Assembly (NCBI GenBank): GCA_963745875.1
Contig: CAVUZL010000014.1
Location: 449,203-513,202, forward strand
Origin: an uncultured Acidobacteriota bacterium
GTDB taxonomy: Bacteria; Acidobacteriota; Vicinamibacteria; Vicinamibacterales; CAVVIG01
DNA: 64,000 bases
Direction of reading: 5' to 3'
Made by a program: the position numbers and the translations under genes. Shown in pieces: positions 37,906-47,689 of the stretch. Numbering within the stretch: position 1 is the stretch's first letter; each line of letters begins with the position of its first letter. Below the pieces are notes generated by a model that had not been told where the DNA came from, ran no database searches, and saw only the letters and a program-made list of their open reading frames with translations.

Positions 37906-38901
37906 TCACCGATCCTTCGAGTAGCCGGAAAACGTGAAGTCGAAGGCTTGCGGCGTGGCGCCGGGCGTGAACGCAATGCGCAGCTTCAGGTTCAGCGGCA
38001 GCGTCGCTCCGGCGATCGCTACTTCGAGCGTGCTGACCGCCGGACCGCGCGCGAGCTTGACGGGCGCGCCGCTCTCCTGCCCGTTGCTGTCGGCCTTCGC
38101 CACCGTACCGGAGAATTCCGCAGGAATCGGTCGGGTCAGATCGTCGTAGAAATAGACGCGAAAGACGTTCGGCTCGACGAACGTGCCTTCGACGTGATGC
38201 CACTGATCCGCCGCCATGAACAACAGGCCCCCGTGGCGGGGATTGTGATCGCCGTGTGGCACTCGTTCGTACGACTTGATTCGCGCGCTGCCATCGGGAC
38301 ACGAGCCCGGCGTCAGCTCGCGAACCGCCGGCTCGCCCTTGCAGGTGAAAATCAGCGCCGCGGTAATCGGCACCAGCGGCGTCTTGTCGACCGGACAGGT
38401 CCCGGGACCTTCGCGGATCAGCTGCACCCGCAGACACGAATACGCGGTGACGAACCGGCGGGGGACCAGCGCCGCACCGGACTTCGGACACTTCCCCGGC
38501 TTGTCATCGAGGACTGACTCCTCGCCCGGAGACAAACACACGTACGAAAGCGCCGGGAGATCGCCCACCGGCGCAGTCGTGGATGCCGCCGAGACGACGC
38601 GAACGTTGTAGAGCGTCGAGGTGTCGCCGTCGCGCACCGTCGCGGCAATGCGGTCGCCCTTCTTCAGTTGCCCGAGCACCTCGGCCTTGTCAACGCGAAA
38701 CGCCATCGTCATCGCGGCCATCCAGCCCGGGACGTTCTCGCCGTTGACCATCACGGTGTGGGCACCCAGGTCGACGCTTTCAACCGTTCCGGTGAAATCG
38801 TGCGTCTTCGCTCCGTTCTGCTGGCCTTCGACACGGGCCATCGCCAGCACAGAGCAGATCGCCACCGTCGTCATCGTCGTCCTGGCGAATCGCTTGAGCA
38901 T
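37906..38901 (-). CDS. periplasmic metal-binding protein: CusF-like domain plus three degenerate heavy-metal-binding-domain repeats plus His-rich C-terminal domain
   Basis: GGGAGG RBS, then ATG 38901 and a signal peptide. The CusF-like part is [23 protein letters not shown]. Three HMBD-like units follow: [53 protein letters not shown] and [24 protein letters not shown]. The C-terminal part is [24 protein letters not shown]. Confidence 0.7.
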   Translation of the reverse strand: MLKRFARTTMTTVAICSVLAMARVEGQQNGAKTHDFTGTVESVDLGAHTVMVNGENVPGWMAAMTMAFRVDKAEVLGQLKKGDRIAATVRDGDTSTLYNVRVVSAASTTAPVGDLPALSYVCLSPGEESVLDDKPGKCPKSGAALVPRRFVTAYSCLRVQLIREGPGTCPVDKTPLVPITAALIFTCKGEPAVRELTPGSCPDGSARIKSYERVPHGDHNPRHGGLLFMAADQWHHVEGTFVEPNVFRVYFYDDLTRPIPAEFSGTVAKADSNGQESGAPVKLARGPAVSTLEVAIAGATLPLNLKLRIAFTPGATPQAFDFTFSGYSKDR

Positions 38902-38962
38902 CCAGCCTCCCACGCTCTCATTCAACCACAGGGCGGCTGCAATGGTCGGCCTTAGCACGAAC

Positions 38963-39084
38963 GTAGTGGCCGGTTTTAGCCGGCCGTGTAGCGCGACCCT
39001 TTCAGGGTCGCGTGCGACGCGGGCCTGAAAGGCCCGCACTACACGGTTCTGAGAGCAATGCGGGCCTGAAAGGCCCGCGCTACA
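38963..39084. repeat. cluster of four REP-like units (two forward, two reverse)
   Basis: Unit 1 is gtagtg+ggccggt-ttta-gccggcc. Unit 2 is tgtagc+gcgaccc-tttca-gggtcgc. Unit 3 is gcgggcc-tgaaa-ggcccgc+actaca. Unit 4 is gcgggcc-tgaaa-ggcccgc+gctaca. All four lie in a divergent intergenic region. Confidence 0.8.
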
Positions 39085-39154
39085 ACGTAAGGGGAAACGG
39101 CGCTAGAATCGCGCACAGCCGGCAGGTCGCCGGTGCCCGCAACGAGGTCGAGCG

Positions 39155-40903
39155 ATGAAGAAACAACGGCAATCGCGCAGAGAATTTGTCAGTCGAACCG
39201 CCGGCGGCTTTGCCGGACTGGCGGCGGCACCCTGGTTGAGCGCGCGCGCGGCAGCGGCGCCGGCTCAGGCGGGACGCCCAGCCGCGAACGATTCGCCGCA
39301 AGCCGATCTCATCGTCATCAACGCCAGGGTCTACACCGTCGACGGACGAATGCCGCGGGCCGAAGCGTTCGCGGTGAAGGCGAACCGCTTCCTCGCCGTC
39401 GGCAGCACTGCCGACATCAAGGCGCTGGCGGGTCCGAACACCCAGACCATCGACGCGAAGCAGATGGTCGTGGTTCCGGGGTTCACCGATTGCCACAACC
39501 ACGCGACCGGCACGGTGCTGCTCTACGACGTCCTCGTCGGCAATCCCTACGAGGTGGAGTTCGTCACCATCCGCAGCATCGTGGACAAGCTGCGCGCGAA
39601 GTCGAAGGAACTGCCGCCCGGCACCTGGGTGGAAGGGTATTTCTTCGACGACACCAAAGTGAAAGACAAGCGCGAGCTGAACGTGCACGACCTGGACGAA
39701 GTGTCGAAGGATCATCCGGTCGTGGTCCAGCATCGCGGCGGCCACACGTCGTTCTACAACACCAAGGCGCTCGAGATGGCCGGCATCACAAAGGACACGC
39801 CGAATCCGCCGGGCGGCACGTTCGATCGCGACGAGCAGGGCGATCTCAACGGCCGCGTCACCGACCGAGCCCGCGGCGTGTTCGGCAAGGCGGGCACGCG
39901 CGAGAAATTCACGCCGGAGCAGACGCAGCAGCGCGAGCGTGACGGCCTGGCGTTCATCTCGAAGCAATTCGTCCGCTACGGGCTGACCAGCGTCCACCAC
40001 GAAGGCGGCGACCTGTTCGCCCTGCAGCAGGTGCGCCAGCGCGGCGATCTCCTGCATCGCGTCAGCTACGAGGCCAGTGGCAGGGTGTTGGAATCGATGA
40101 TCAACGGCGGCATCGCCACCGGGTTCGGCGACGAATGGATCCGTTTCGGCGCCACCTCGGAGCACACCGTCGACGGCTCGTTCTCGGAGCGGACGATGGC
40201 GCTGAGCGTGCCGTATGTGGGGATTACACCACCCTACAAAGGTAATGTGACCGAGACCCAGGACGACTTGAATGCCTGGATCGAGCGCGTCCACCGCGCT
40301 GGGATCCAGACCAACTGTCACGCCAACGGCGACGTGGCGATCGACATGGTGCTGACCGCCGTCGAGCGCGCGCAGAAGCTGTTCCCGCGGCCGGATTCAC
40401 GACCAAAGATCACGCACTGCACGCTGGTCAACGACGATCTGATCCGGCGGATCAAGGCCACCGGTACGATACCTGCGGTGTTCACCACCTACGCGTACTA
40501 CAACACCGACAAGTTCCACTTCTATGGGGAAGACCTGATGAAGCGGAGCATGGCCTTCCGCTCGTTCCTCGACGCCGGCATCCCCGCCGCCGCAGGGTCG
40601 GACTTCAGTCCCGGACCGTTCGCGCCGCTGATGGGCATCCAGGGCATGGTGACGCGGCGCGGCTGGGATGGCGAGACCTGGGGCCTGAACCAGCGCATCA
40701 GCGTGGACGAAGCGATCACGATCAACACCATCAACGGCGCCTTCGCGTCGCGCGAGGAAGCGATCAAGGGATCGATCACGCCGGGAAAGCTGGCGGACTT
40801 CGTCATCCTGGCTGACGATCCGCACACCGTCGATCCGGAGAAGATCAAGGACATCCAGATCGTGCGTACTGTCGTGGGAGGATCGACGGCGTACCAGGCG
40901 TGA
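39155..40903 (+). CDS. amidohydrolase-family metallohydrolase (Amidohydro_3-like) with Tat signal
   Basis: Twin-arginine signal SRREFVSRTAGGFAGLAAAPWLSARA. Metal motif PGFTDCHNH, then later HANGD and ...AAGSDF. Confidence 0.85.
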   Translation: MKKQRQSRREFVSRTAGGFAGLAAAPWLSARAAAAPAQAGRPAANDSPQADLIVINARVYTVDGRMPRAEAFAVKANRFLAVGSTADIKALAGPNTQTIDAKQMVVVPGFTDCHNHATGTVLLYDVLVGNPYEVEFVTIRSIVDKLRAKSKELPPGTWVEGYFFDDTKVKDKRELNVHDLDEVSKDHPVVVQHRGGHTSFYNTKALEMAGITKDTPNPPGGTFDRDEQGDLNGRVTDRARGVFGKAGTREKFTPEQTQQRERDGLAFISKQFVRYGLTSVHHEGGDLFALQQVRQRGDLLHRVSYEASGRVLESMINGGIATGFGDEWIRFGATSEHTVDGSFSERTMALSVPYVGITPPYKGNVTETQDDLNAWIERVHRAGIQTNCHANGDVAIDMVLTAVERAQKLFPRPDSRPKITHCTLVNDDLIRRIKATGTIPAVFTTYAYYNTDKFHFYGEDLMKRSMAFRSFLDAGIPAAAGSDFSPGPFAPLMGIQGMVTRRGWDGETWGLNQRISVDEAITINTINGAFASREEAIKGSITPGKLADFVILADDPHTVDPEKIKDIQIVRTVVGGSTAYQA

Positions 40904-41517
40904 GCATCCCGTCTCCGGCGTCGCTGCTGTCGAAGCACCGCCTCGAAGCGCTGTCGGACGGCATCTTCGCAGTGGCGATGACGCTGCTCGTCATCGAGCT
41001 GAAGGTGCCGAACCACGGCGTCACGACGTCGGCGCAGCTCGGCGACGAAGTGATCCGGCAGCTCCCGACGTTCCTGGCCTGGGCGATCAGCTTCTTCGTG
41101 CTCGCGATCTTCTGGACGACCCAGAGCCGCTTATTTCACTTCGTGGGACGAGTGAACGAGCCGATGACATGGTTGATGCTCGTCTACCTCGGTCTCGTCA
41201 GCCTGATGCCGTTTACTTCAGCGCTGGCGGGCGAATACGGCACCCTGCTGTTCGCGCAGATCGCCTACTCCACCCACATGATCCTGCTGGCGGTGTTCTC
41301 GCTGCTGCTGGTGCGGTATCTGTGCCACCACCCCGAACTGTGGGCCGGCGAAGTGCCGTCGCGGTTCTACCACGGCGCGCGGTTCCGCACGTTTTCGCTG
41401 ATGGCTGTCGCATTGACCGCGATCCCGATCAATGTGGCGGCGCCGGGTTTCGGCCCGTGGGCCTTCGCCCTGATGTTTCCGCTCACCCGCATCGGCCGGC
41501 GCCTCGAGCGCGGCTAG
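40900..41517 (+). CDS. TMEM175-family (DUF1211) putative potassium channel
   Basis: Signature RLEALSDGIFAVAMTLLVIEL, plus 5-6 TM segments. GTG start overlapping the upstream stop (GTGA). Confidence 0.8.
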   Translation: MSIPSPASLLSKHRLEALSDGIFAVAMTLLVIELKVPNHGVTTSAQLGDEVIRQLPTFLAWAISFFVLAIFWTTQSRLFHFVGRVNEPMTWLMLVYLGLVSLMPFTSALAGEYGTLLFAQIAYSTHMILLAVFSLLLVRYLCHHPELWAGEVPSRFYHGARFRTFSLMAVALTAIPINVAAPGFGPWAFALMFPLTRIGRRLERG

Positions 41518-41532
41518 CGCAGCTTCGAGCCG

Positions 41533-41589
41533 TGTAGTGCGGGCCTGTCAGGCCCGCAAGTCACGCGACCCTGAAAGGGTCGCGCCACA
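41533..41589. repeat. REP/REPIN-like doublet
   Basis: The left unit is tgtagtg+cgggcc-tgtca-ggcccg. The right unit is cgcgaccc-tgaaa-gggtcgcg+ccaca. The doublet lies between convergent genes. Confidence 0.8.
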
Positions 41590-41616
41590 GCGAAACCCCA
41601 GAGAATTCAGAGCTAC

Positions 41617-42141
41617 TCAGCCTCGGTCGAGCGATTCGCGGAGTGCGAGGAACGCGGCGAGCATCTCCGCGTAGCTGAAATTCGCGTTTCTGCCGCTCGG
41701 ATTGGGCAGGACGAACACCTTCGCGCCTTCGAACAACTCGGGGCGCGGTCCGAGCGCCACGCGCTGTTTCGGCCTGATGCCAAAGACCGAGCGGAACAGC
41801 GTGACGCCGATGAATGCCACGACCTCCGGCTTCAACCGCCGTACTTTCCGGCGCAGGATCCGCTCGCCGGTCACGTACTCGTCACGCGCGAGCGTGTCGA
41901 TCCCGGGAGTTGCCCTGGCGATCAGGTTGGTGATGCCAAAGCCCCACTCCGGCAACCGGCCGTCGTCCTCGCTCTGAATCGCTTCGGGGATCAGCCGCGA
42001 TTCGTGGAGCAGCTTCCAGAAACGATTGGAGTAGCCGGCGAAATGATGACCGATCGTCGCCGAGCGGATGCCCGGATTGATGCCGACGAGGAGGACGCGT
42101 ACCCCTGGCGCGATCCGGTCCTTCAGCAGCATGGTGCGCAT
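41617..42141 (-). CDS. mug: G:T/U mismatch-specific DNA glycosylase (Mug/UDG family 2)
   Basis: VLLVGINPGIRSATIGHHFAGYSNRFWKLL ... GFGITNL ... VFVLPNPSGRNANF. Start taken at ATG 42141 (the ORF is open to 42171). Confidence 0.85.
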   Translation of the reverse strand: MRTMLLKDRIAPGVRVLLVGINPGIRSATIGHHFAGYSNRFWKLLHESRLIPEAIQSEDDGRLPEWGFGITNLIARATPGIDTLARDEYVTGERILRRKVRRLKPEVVAFIGVTLFRSVFGIRPKQRVALGPRPELFEGAKVFVLPNPSGRNANFSYAEMLAAFLALRESLDRG

Positions 42142-42169
42142 TTCAACGGTCCGTCGCTTGTGGGTTAGC

Positions 42170-42877
42170 ATGTCTCGGCCAATGGCATCACCGGCGGGCT
42201 ACTACGAATCGCGATTCACCTACGATCATCGTCGGGATGTCGTCTGGGGCGAAATCGTACGCGACCTGGCTCGGCGCCGGCTGGTGTCGCCGGATGCCGT
42301 GGTCGTCGAGCTCGGCGCCGGGTACTGCCACTGCATCAACCAGGTGAAGGCGCGGCGACGGATTGCCGTCGATTTGAACCCGGACTTCGCACAGTACGCC
42401 GCAACCGGCGTCGAGGCCCTCGTCCAGTCCAGTGAAGCCGCCCTCCCGATGGAGGACAACAGTGTCGACACCGTCATCGCCAGCAACCTCTTCGAACACC
42501 TGACCCGCGAACAGTTGACGCGGACTGCCGCCGAGGTCCGGCGCATTCTCAAGCCCGGCGGACAACTGGTCGCCATCCAGCCGAACTACTACTACTGTTA
42601 CCGCGAGTACTTCGACGACTACACCCACGTGTTCGTCTTCACGCACAACAGCCTGCGCGATTTTTTCGTCGCCGAGGGGTTCACTTCCTCGTCGATCGTT
42701 CCGCGATACATCCCGTTCTCGATGCGGAGTCGCGCACCCAAGGCGCGGCTGCTGGTGTCCTTGTACCTGCGGAGCCCGATCCGGCCGTTTGCAAAGCAGA
42801 TGCTTCTCGCCTGGCGAAAGCCCCAGGCCTCGGCCATTCAGGCCGCAGCCACGACCGAGCGTCCCGAGCGGCGGTAG
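42170..42877 (+). CDS. class I SAM-dependent methyltransferase
   Basis: Motif I VVELGAGYCHCI, motif post-I IAVDLN, then VDTVIASNLFEHL and ILKPGGQLV. The substrate is not inferable from sequence. Confidence 0.8.
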   Translation: MSRPMASPAGYYESRFTYDHRRDVVWGEIVRDLARRRLVSPDAVVVELGAGYCHCINQVKARRRIAVDLNPDFAQYAATGVEALVQSSEAALPMEDNSVDTVIASNLFEHLTREQLTRTAAEVRRILKPGGQLVAIQPNYYYCYREYFDDYTHVFVFTHNSLRDFFVAEGFTSSSIVPRYIPFSMRSRAPKARLLVSLYLRSPIRPFAKQMLLAWRKPQASAIQAAATTERPERR

Positions 42878-42886
42878 AATGCCGGC

Positions 42887-43288
42887 ATGAACTGGCTATT
42901 CAAAGAGGAACCGTCGAACTACAACTTCGATGCGCTGGTGAAGGACAAGAAGACGGTCTGGAGTGGTGTCAGGAACCCGGTCGCGCAGCGCAACCTGCAC
43001 GCGGTGAAGAAGGGCGACCGCATCTTCTACTACCACACCGGCGACGAGAAGCAGATCGTCGGCATCGCCAAAGCGCTGGCGGACGCCTATCCTGATCCCG
43101 ACGATCCGGACGGCAAGGCGGCGGTCGTCGATGTCGGACCGGTCAGGAAGCTGGCGCGGCCGGTCACGCTGAAGGAGATCAAAGCCGACCCGTACTTCGC
43201 CGACTTCGCCCTGGTCAGGATTGGGCGCCTGTCGGTGATGCCGGTATCAGACGACCAGTGGAAGAGGATCGAGAAACGAGCGGAATAG
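42887..43288 (+). CDS. EVE (PUA-like) domain protein
   Basis: MNWLFKEEPSNYNFDALVKDKKTVWSGVRNPVAQRNLHAVKKGDRIFYYHTG....IVGIAK ... LKEIKADPYFADFALVR..RLSVMPV. This is the typical stand-alone EVE pattern. Confidence 0.85.
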   Translation: MNWLFKEEPSNYNFDALVKDKKTVWSGVRNPVAQRNLHAVKKGDRIFYYHTGDEKQIVGIAKALADAYPDPDDPDGKAAVVDVGPVRKLARPVTLKEIKADPYFADFALVRIGRLSVMPVSDDQWKRIEKRAE

Positions 43289-46200
43289 CCGCCATGTACG
43301 TGTAGACGACCGGCGTCAGGTACAGCGTGATGAGCTGGGACACCATCAGCCCGCCGACCACCGCGAGACCGAGCGGACGCCGGGCTTCCCCGCCGGCGCC
43401 GTAGCCGAGCGCGATCGGAATCGCCCCCAGCAGCGCCGCCATCGTCGTCATCATGATCGGGCGGAAGCGGACCAGGCAGCCCTCGAAGATCGCTTCCGCC
43501 GGCGTCTTGCCGTGGTGCCGCTCGGCCTCGAGCGCGAAATCGATCTGCATGATCGCGTTCTTCTTGACGATGCCGATCAACATGATCAACCCCACGAACG
43601 AGTAGATGTTCAGCTGATCACCGAACACGTAGAGCGTGACCAGCGCCCCGAGTCCGGCCGACGGCAGCCCGGAGAGAATCGTGATCGGGTGAATGTAGCT
43701 CTCGTAGAGCATCCCGAGCACGATGTAAACGACGCCGATGGCGACAAACAGCAGCAGACCGAGATTGGACATCGACTGCTGAAACGTCTTCGCCGAACCT
43801 TGAAATTCAGTCGTCACCGTCGGCGGCAGCAACGCGGACGCGACTTTGTTGATGTGATCGACTGCTGCTCCCAGCGACACGCCAGGCCGCAGGCCGAACG
43901 ACAACGACACCGCCGGCAGCTGACCGACGTGATTCACTGACTGCGGCCCGACCGTTTCCTTCAGCGACACCACCGACTCGAACGGGATGAGTGTGCCGCT
44001 GGAGGTCTTGAACGCGATCTTCTCGAGCGAGTCGGCATGTTCCTGATAACGCGGATCGAGCTCGAGCAACACTTTGTATTGCGCGGCGCTGCCGTAGATG
44101 GTGGACGCCCACTGCGGACCGAAGCCGTCGTACAGCGCGCCTTCGATGTCGCTGGCGTTCAAGCCGACGGCCGCGGCAGTGTCGCGGTCGATCACCATGT
44201 TCACGCGCGGACTCTTCATCTGCAGGTCGTCGGACACGTCCTGCAGCTCGGGCAGGTCGGCGATCGCGGTTTCCAGCTTGGCCGCCCAGTCGTACAGGAT
44301 CGAGGTATCGGCGCTCTGCACGGTCAGGTTATAGGCGCTGTTGCCGGAGCGGCCTCCGATTTGAATCGCGGGCGGCAGGCTGACGAACGCACGGAATCCG
44401 GGAAAGCGGAGCAGCTGCGGCCGAATCACTTGAGCGACCTCGGCGGCGCTCAACTGCCGCTGACGCCGTGGCTTCAGCTGCAGGTTGAAGCGCGCCATGT
44501 TCATCGAGCCCATGCCGCCGCCGGTGCTCGCGAAGAAGGTATCGACGTTGGGATTGGCGTTGATGATCGCGGCGATCTTGCCGGTGTAGTCCACCATGTC
44601 GTAGTACGAGGTGCCCTGCGCCGCCATCACGTTGATGTTGAGCGAGTCGTTGTCCTGATCGGGAATGAATCCCTTCGGCACGATCTCGAACATCGCCACG
44701 GTCGCAACCAGGACGACGACGAACACGCCGAGCATGATCGGGCGGTGGTTGAGCACACCGCGCAGACTCCACTCATAGAAACGGTAGGTGCGCTGGAACA
44801 GATTCTCCATGAACCGCGCGAATCGTCCCTTGCTGTGGAGCGACGCCGCGCTCAGGAAGCGGCTGCACAGCATCGGCGTCAACGTCACCGAGACGATGCC
44901 CGAGATGAGAATCGCCGCGGTGATGGTGACCGCGAATTCGCGGAACAGGCGGCCGAGGATGCCGCTCATGAACAGAATCGGGATGAACACCGCTGCCAGC
45001 GAGACGGTCATCGAGACGATGGTGAAGCCGATTTCCTTGGAACCCGACAGCGACGCCTCGAGCGGCGTCTCTCCACGCTCCATGTGACGCACGATGTTCT
45101 CGAGCATCACGATGGCATCGTCCACGACAAAGCCGATCGACAGAATCAGCGCCATCATCGAGAGGTTGTCGAGCGTGAAATTGAGCACCTGCATCACCGC
45201 GAAGGTGCCGAAGATGGAGAACGGCAGCGCCAGCGCCGGGATCAGCGTGGCCGAGCCACTGTGCAGGAACGCGAAGATCACCAGCACCACGAGGATCAGC
45301 GTGATCAGCATCGTCCACTGAATGTCGCTGAAAGCCTCGCGGATGTTCTTCGACCGATCGCCGCGAATCGTCAGGTGCACCGCGGGTGGCAGCTCAGACT
45401 CGAACGACGGCAGCAGCGCCCGAACCGCGTCGGTCACCTCGATGGTGTTGCTGCCCGGCTGACGCATCACCTGCAGGTTGATGGCGCGACGCGCGGCGGC
45501 TTTGGTATAGAGCCACGACGCGTTCTTGTTGTCCTCGACGTTGTCGAGCACGGTCGCAACCTGGCTGAGCCTGACCGGTGCACCGTTCTTGTAGGAGACG
45601 ATGATCGGCTTGAACGCATCGGCGTTCATCAACTGACCTTCGGCCTTGATGTTGAAGGTCGCGTCCCTGCCGAACAGCTGTCCGGTCGGGGTGTTGACGT
45701 TCCAGTTCTGCAGCGCCGAGTTGATCTCGTTGAGGCCGATCCCCTGCGCGTGCAGCCGGTTCGGATCCACCTGAACGCGGACGGCGTATTTCTGCGCGCC
45801 CTGCACCTGCACCTGCGAGACACCGCTGACCATCGAGATGCGCGGCGCGATCATCGTCTCGGCGTAATCGTCGAGCACATACATCGGCACCACATCGGAG
45901 GTGAGGCCGAGAAACATGATCGGCTGATCGGCGGGGTTGAACTTGCGGAACGACGGCGGCGCCGGCATGCCGGCCGGCAGCAGCGGCATCACCGCGGCGA
46001 TCGCGGTCTGCACGTCAACCGCCGCGCTGTCGATGTCGCGATTGAGGTCGAACTGCAGCGTGACGTTCGAGCTGCCAGTGGAGCTCGACGAGGTCATCTC
46101 GTCGAGGCCGGCGATGGTCGTGAACTGACGCTCGAGCGGGCTCGCCACCGCCGAGGCCATCGTGCCCGGGTCGCCGCCGGGCAGTCCGGCGCCGACGTTC

Positions 46201-46334
46201 AAGGTCGGGAAATCGACGTTGGGCAGGTCGCTGACGCCGAGGGCGCGATACGCGATGATGCCGAACAGCGCGATGCCGAGCATCAGCAGGCTGGTGGCGA
46301 TCGGCCGCTTGATGAAAAGCGCGGAAATGTTCAC
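43215..46334 (-). CDS. RND multidrug efflux permease (HAE1, MdtB/MdtC-like), no adjacent adaptor gene
   Basis: MNISALFIKRPIATSLLMLGIALFGIIAYRALGVSDLPNVDFPTL.... 1039 aa with the 12-TM RND pattern. The last about 25 codons overlap the convergent EVE gene. Confidence 0.92.
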   Translation of the reverse strand: MNISALFIKRPIATSLLMLGIALFGIIAYRALGVSDLPNVDFPTLNVGAGLPGGDPGTMASAVASPLERQFTTIAGLDEMTSSSSTGSSNVTLQFDLNRDIDSAAVDVQTAIAAVMPLLPAGMPAPPSFRKFNPADQPIMFLGLTSDVVPMYVLDDYAETMIAPRISMVSGVSQVQVQGAQKYAVRVQVDPNRLHAQGIGLNEINSALQNWNVNTPTGQLFGRDATFNIKAEGQLMNADAFKPIIVSYKNGAPVRLSQVATVLDNVEDNKNASWLYTKAAARRAINLQVMRQPGSNTIEVTDAVRALLPSFESELPPAVHLTIRGDRSKNIREAFSDIQWTMLITLILVVLVIFAFLHSGSATLIPALALPFSIFGTFAVMQVLNFTLDNLSMMALILSIGFVVDDAIVMLENIVRHMERGETPLEASLSGSKEIGFTIVSMTVSLAAVFIPILFMSGILGRLFREFAVTITAAILISGIVSVTLTPMLCSRFLSAASLHSKGRFARFMENLFQRTYRFYEWSLRGVLNHRPIMLGVFVVVLVATVAMFEIVPKGFIPDQDNDSLNINVMAAQGTSYYDMVDYTGKIAAIINANPNVDTFFASTGGGMGSMNMARFNLQLKPRRQRQLSAAEVAQVIRPQLLRFPGFRAFVSLPPAIQIGGRSGNSAYNLTVQSADTSILYDWAAKLETAIADLPELQDVSDDLQMKSPRVNMVIDRDTAAAVGLNASDIEGALYDGFGPQWASTIYGSAAQYKVLLELDPRYQEHADSLEKIAFKTSSGTLIPFESVVSLKETVGPQSVNHVGQLPAVSLSFGLRPGVSLGAAVDHINKVASALLPPTVTTEFQGSAKTFQQSMSNLGLLLFVAIGVVYIVLGMLYESYIHPITILSGLPSAGLGALVTLYVFGDQLNIYSFVGLIMLIGIVKKNAIMQIDFALEAERHHGKTPAEAIFEGCLVRFRPIMMTTMAALLGAIPIALGYGAGGEARRPLGLAVVGGLMVSQLITLYLTPVVYTYMAAIPLVSRSSSTGRLIPASPTGAQS

Positions 46335-46528
46335 CTCTCGATCGTAGCGCTCGCATAAGGGACGGTCCCGTAGTGTTCGCGCAAGAATTCGAGAAGGAAG
46401 TGGTCAATGTCTTGCGATGTCGTACGGCGTCACGCGACGTCACGAATCGCGAGGTATTGATGGGGTGGATGATGGAGATTGTGTGACTGGCGGAACCGGC
46501 AGGAAGGGCGGCACCGGCCGCCCTGCGA

Positions 46529-47686
46529 TCAATGCTCGCCGCGCAATTGACGACCGACCTGATCGACCTGGTCGAGCAGACGGAGGATGTTCTCGCCGAG
46601 GATGTTCCTGACGTCGGTCTCCGAATATCCCTTCGCGAGCAGCGCGGCGGTGATCTTCGGCAGCTTCGAAACGTCCTCCATGCCGTCCGGCACCGTCGAG
46701 CCGTCGAAGTCGGAGCCGAGTCCGACGTGCGTCGCGCCCACCAGCTTGACCGCGTGATCGATGTGATCCACGATCCGCTCCCACGACACGCGGGGCTGTT
46801 CCGCCGGCGGCACTTTCTTCAGGATCGCCTGATAGAGATCGTCCGAGAGGAACTCCGTGTAGTAGTTGATCATCACGACGCCGCCCTTCGCCGCCAGGGC
46901 CTTCACCATGTCGTCGGTCATGTTGCGCGGATGCCCCGACAACGCGCGCATCGAGGAATGCGACGCCACCAGCGGCGCCTTGCTCGTCTCCATCGCATCC
47001 CAGAAGGTCTTGTCGGCCACGTGGGAGATGTCAACCATCATCCCGAGGCGGTTCAGTTCGCGCACCACGTCCTTGCCGAAATCGGTCAGGCCGTTGTGGA
47101 CCGGTTTGTCGCCGGACGAGTCGCTCCAGTTGGTGTTCACGCTGTGCGACAACGTCAGGTAGCGAACGCCCAGCCGCTGATAGTCGCGCAGGACCGACAA
47201 GTTGTCGTCGATGATGTGCCCGCCTTCCATGCCCATCAGCGCCGCGAACTTGCCCGCCTTCTTTGCGGACCGCACCTGCGCCGCAGTCGTCGCCAAAACG
47301 ATCTGGTCCGGATGCTGCTCGGCCAGGCGGTGGACGTTGTCGATCATCACGAGCGCGCGCTTCACCGCTTCGGGACCCGTGACCGTACCGGGCATGTAGA
47401 TCGAAAAGAAGGCAGCGCTCAGGCCACCTTCCCTGATCCGCGGCAGATCGACCTGATTCTCGTCCTTGTCCGGCACCGGCTGGTGCCGCTCCATGAAGTC
47501 CCAGCCGGGACGCCCCAGCATCTGCGTCGTGTCGATGTGGGTGTCGACGATGATGGCCTGCCTCTGAATGCGAGCCGCGCGGACTTCGATGGACTCCGCC
47601 GGCGCCGGCTTCTTTGTTGCCGGGGCCTGCGCTGAAAGCACGACCACGGCCGAAACAGCGACGAGCGGCGTCACCAATTTGAGCAT
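46529..47686 (-). CDS. membrane dipeptidase (peptidase family M19), secreted
   Basis: Signal peptide. AIIVDTHIDT ... LPRIREGGLSAAFFSIY ... YLTLSHSVNTNW ... MVDISHV ... ASHSS ... GLGSDFDG. Confidence 0.88.
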   Translation of the reverse strand: MLKLVTPLVAVSAVVVLSAQAPATKKPAPAESIEVRAARIQRQAIIVDTHIDTTQMLGRPGWDFMERHQPVPDKDENQVDLPRIREGGLSAAFFSIYMPGTVTGPEAVKRALVMIDNVHRLAEQHPDQIVLATTAAQVRSAKKAGKFAALMGMEGGHIIDDNLSVLRDYQRLGVRYLTLSHSVNTNWSDSSGDKPVHNGLTDFGKDVVRELNRLGMMVDISHVADKTFWDAMETSKAPLVASHSSMRALSGHPRNMTDDMVKALAAKGGVVMINYYTEFLSDDLYQAILKKVPPAEQPRVSWERIVDHIDHAVKLVGATHVGLGSDFDGSTVPDGMEDVSKLPKITAALLAKGYSETDVRNILGENILRLLDQVDQVGRQLRGEH

Positions 47687-47689
47687 GCC

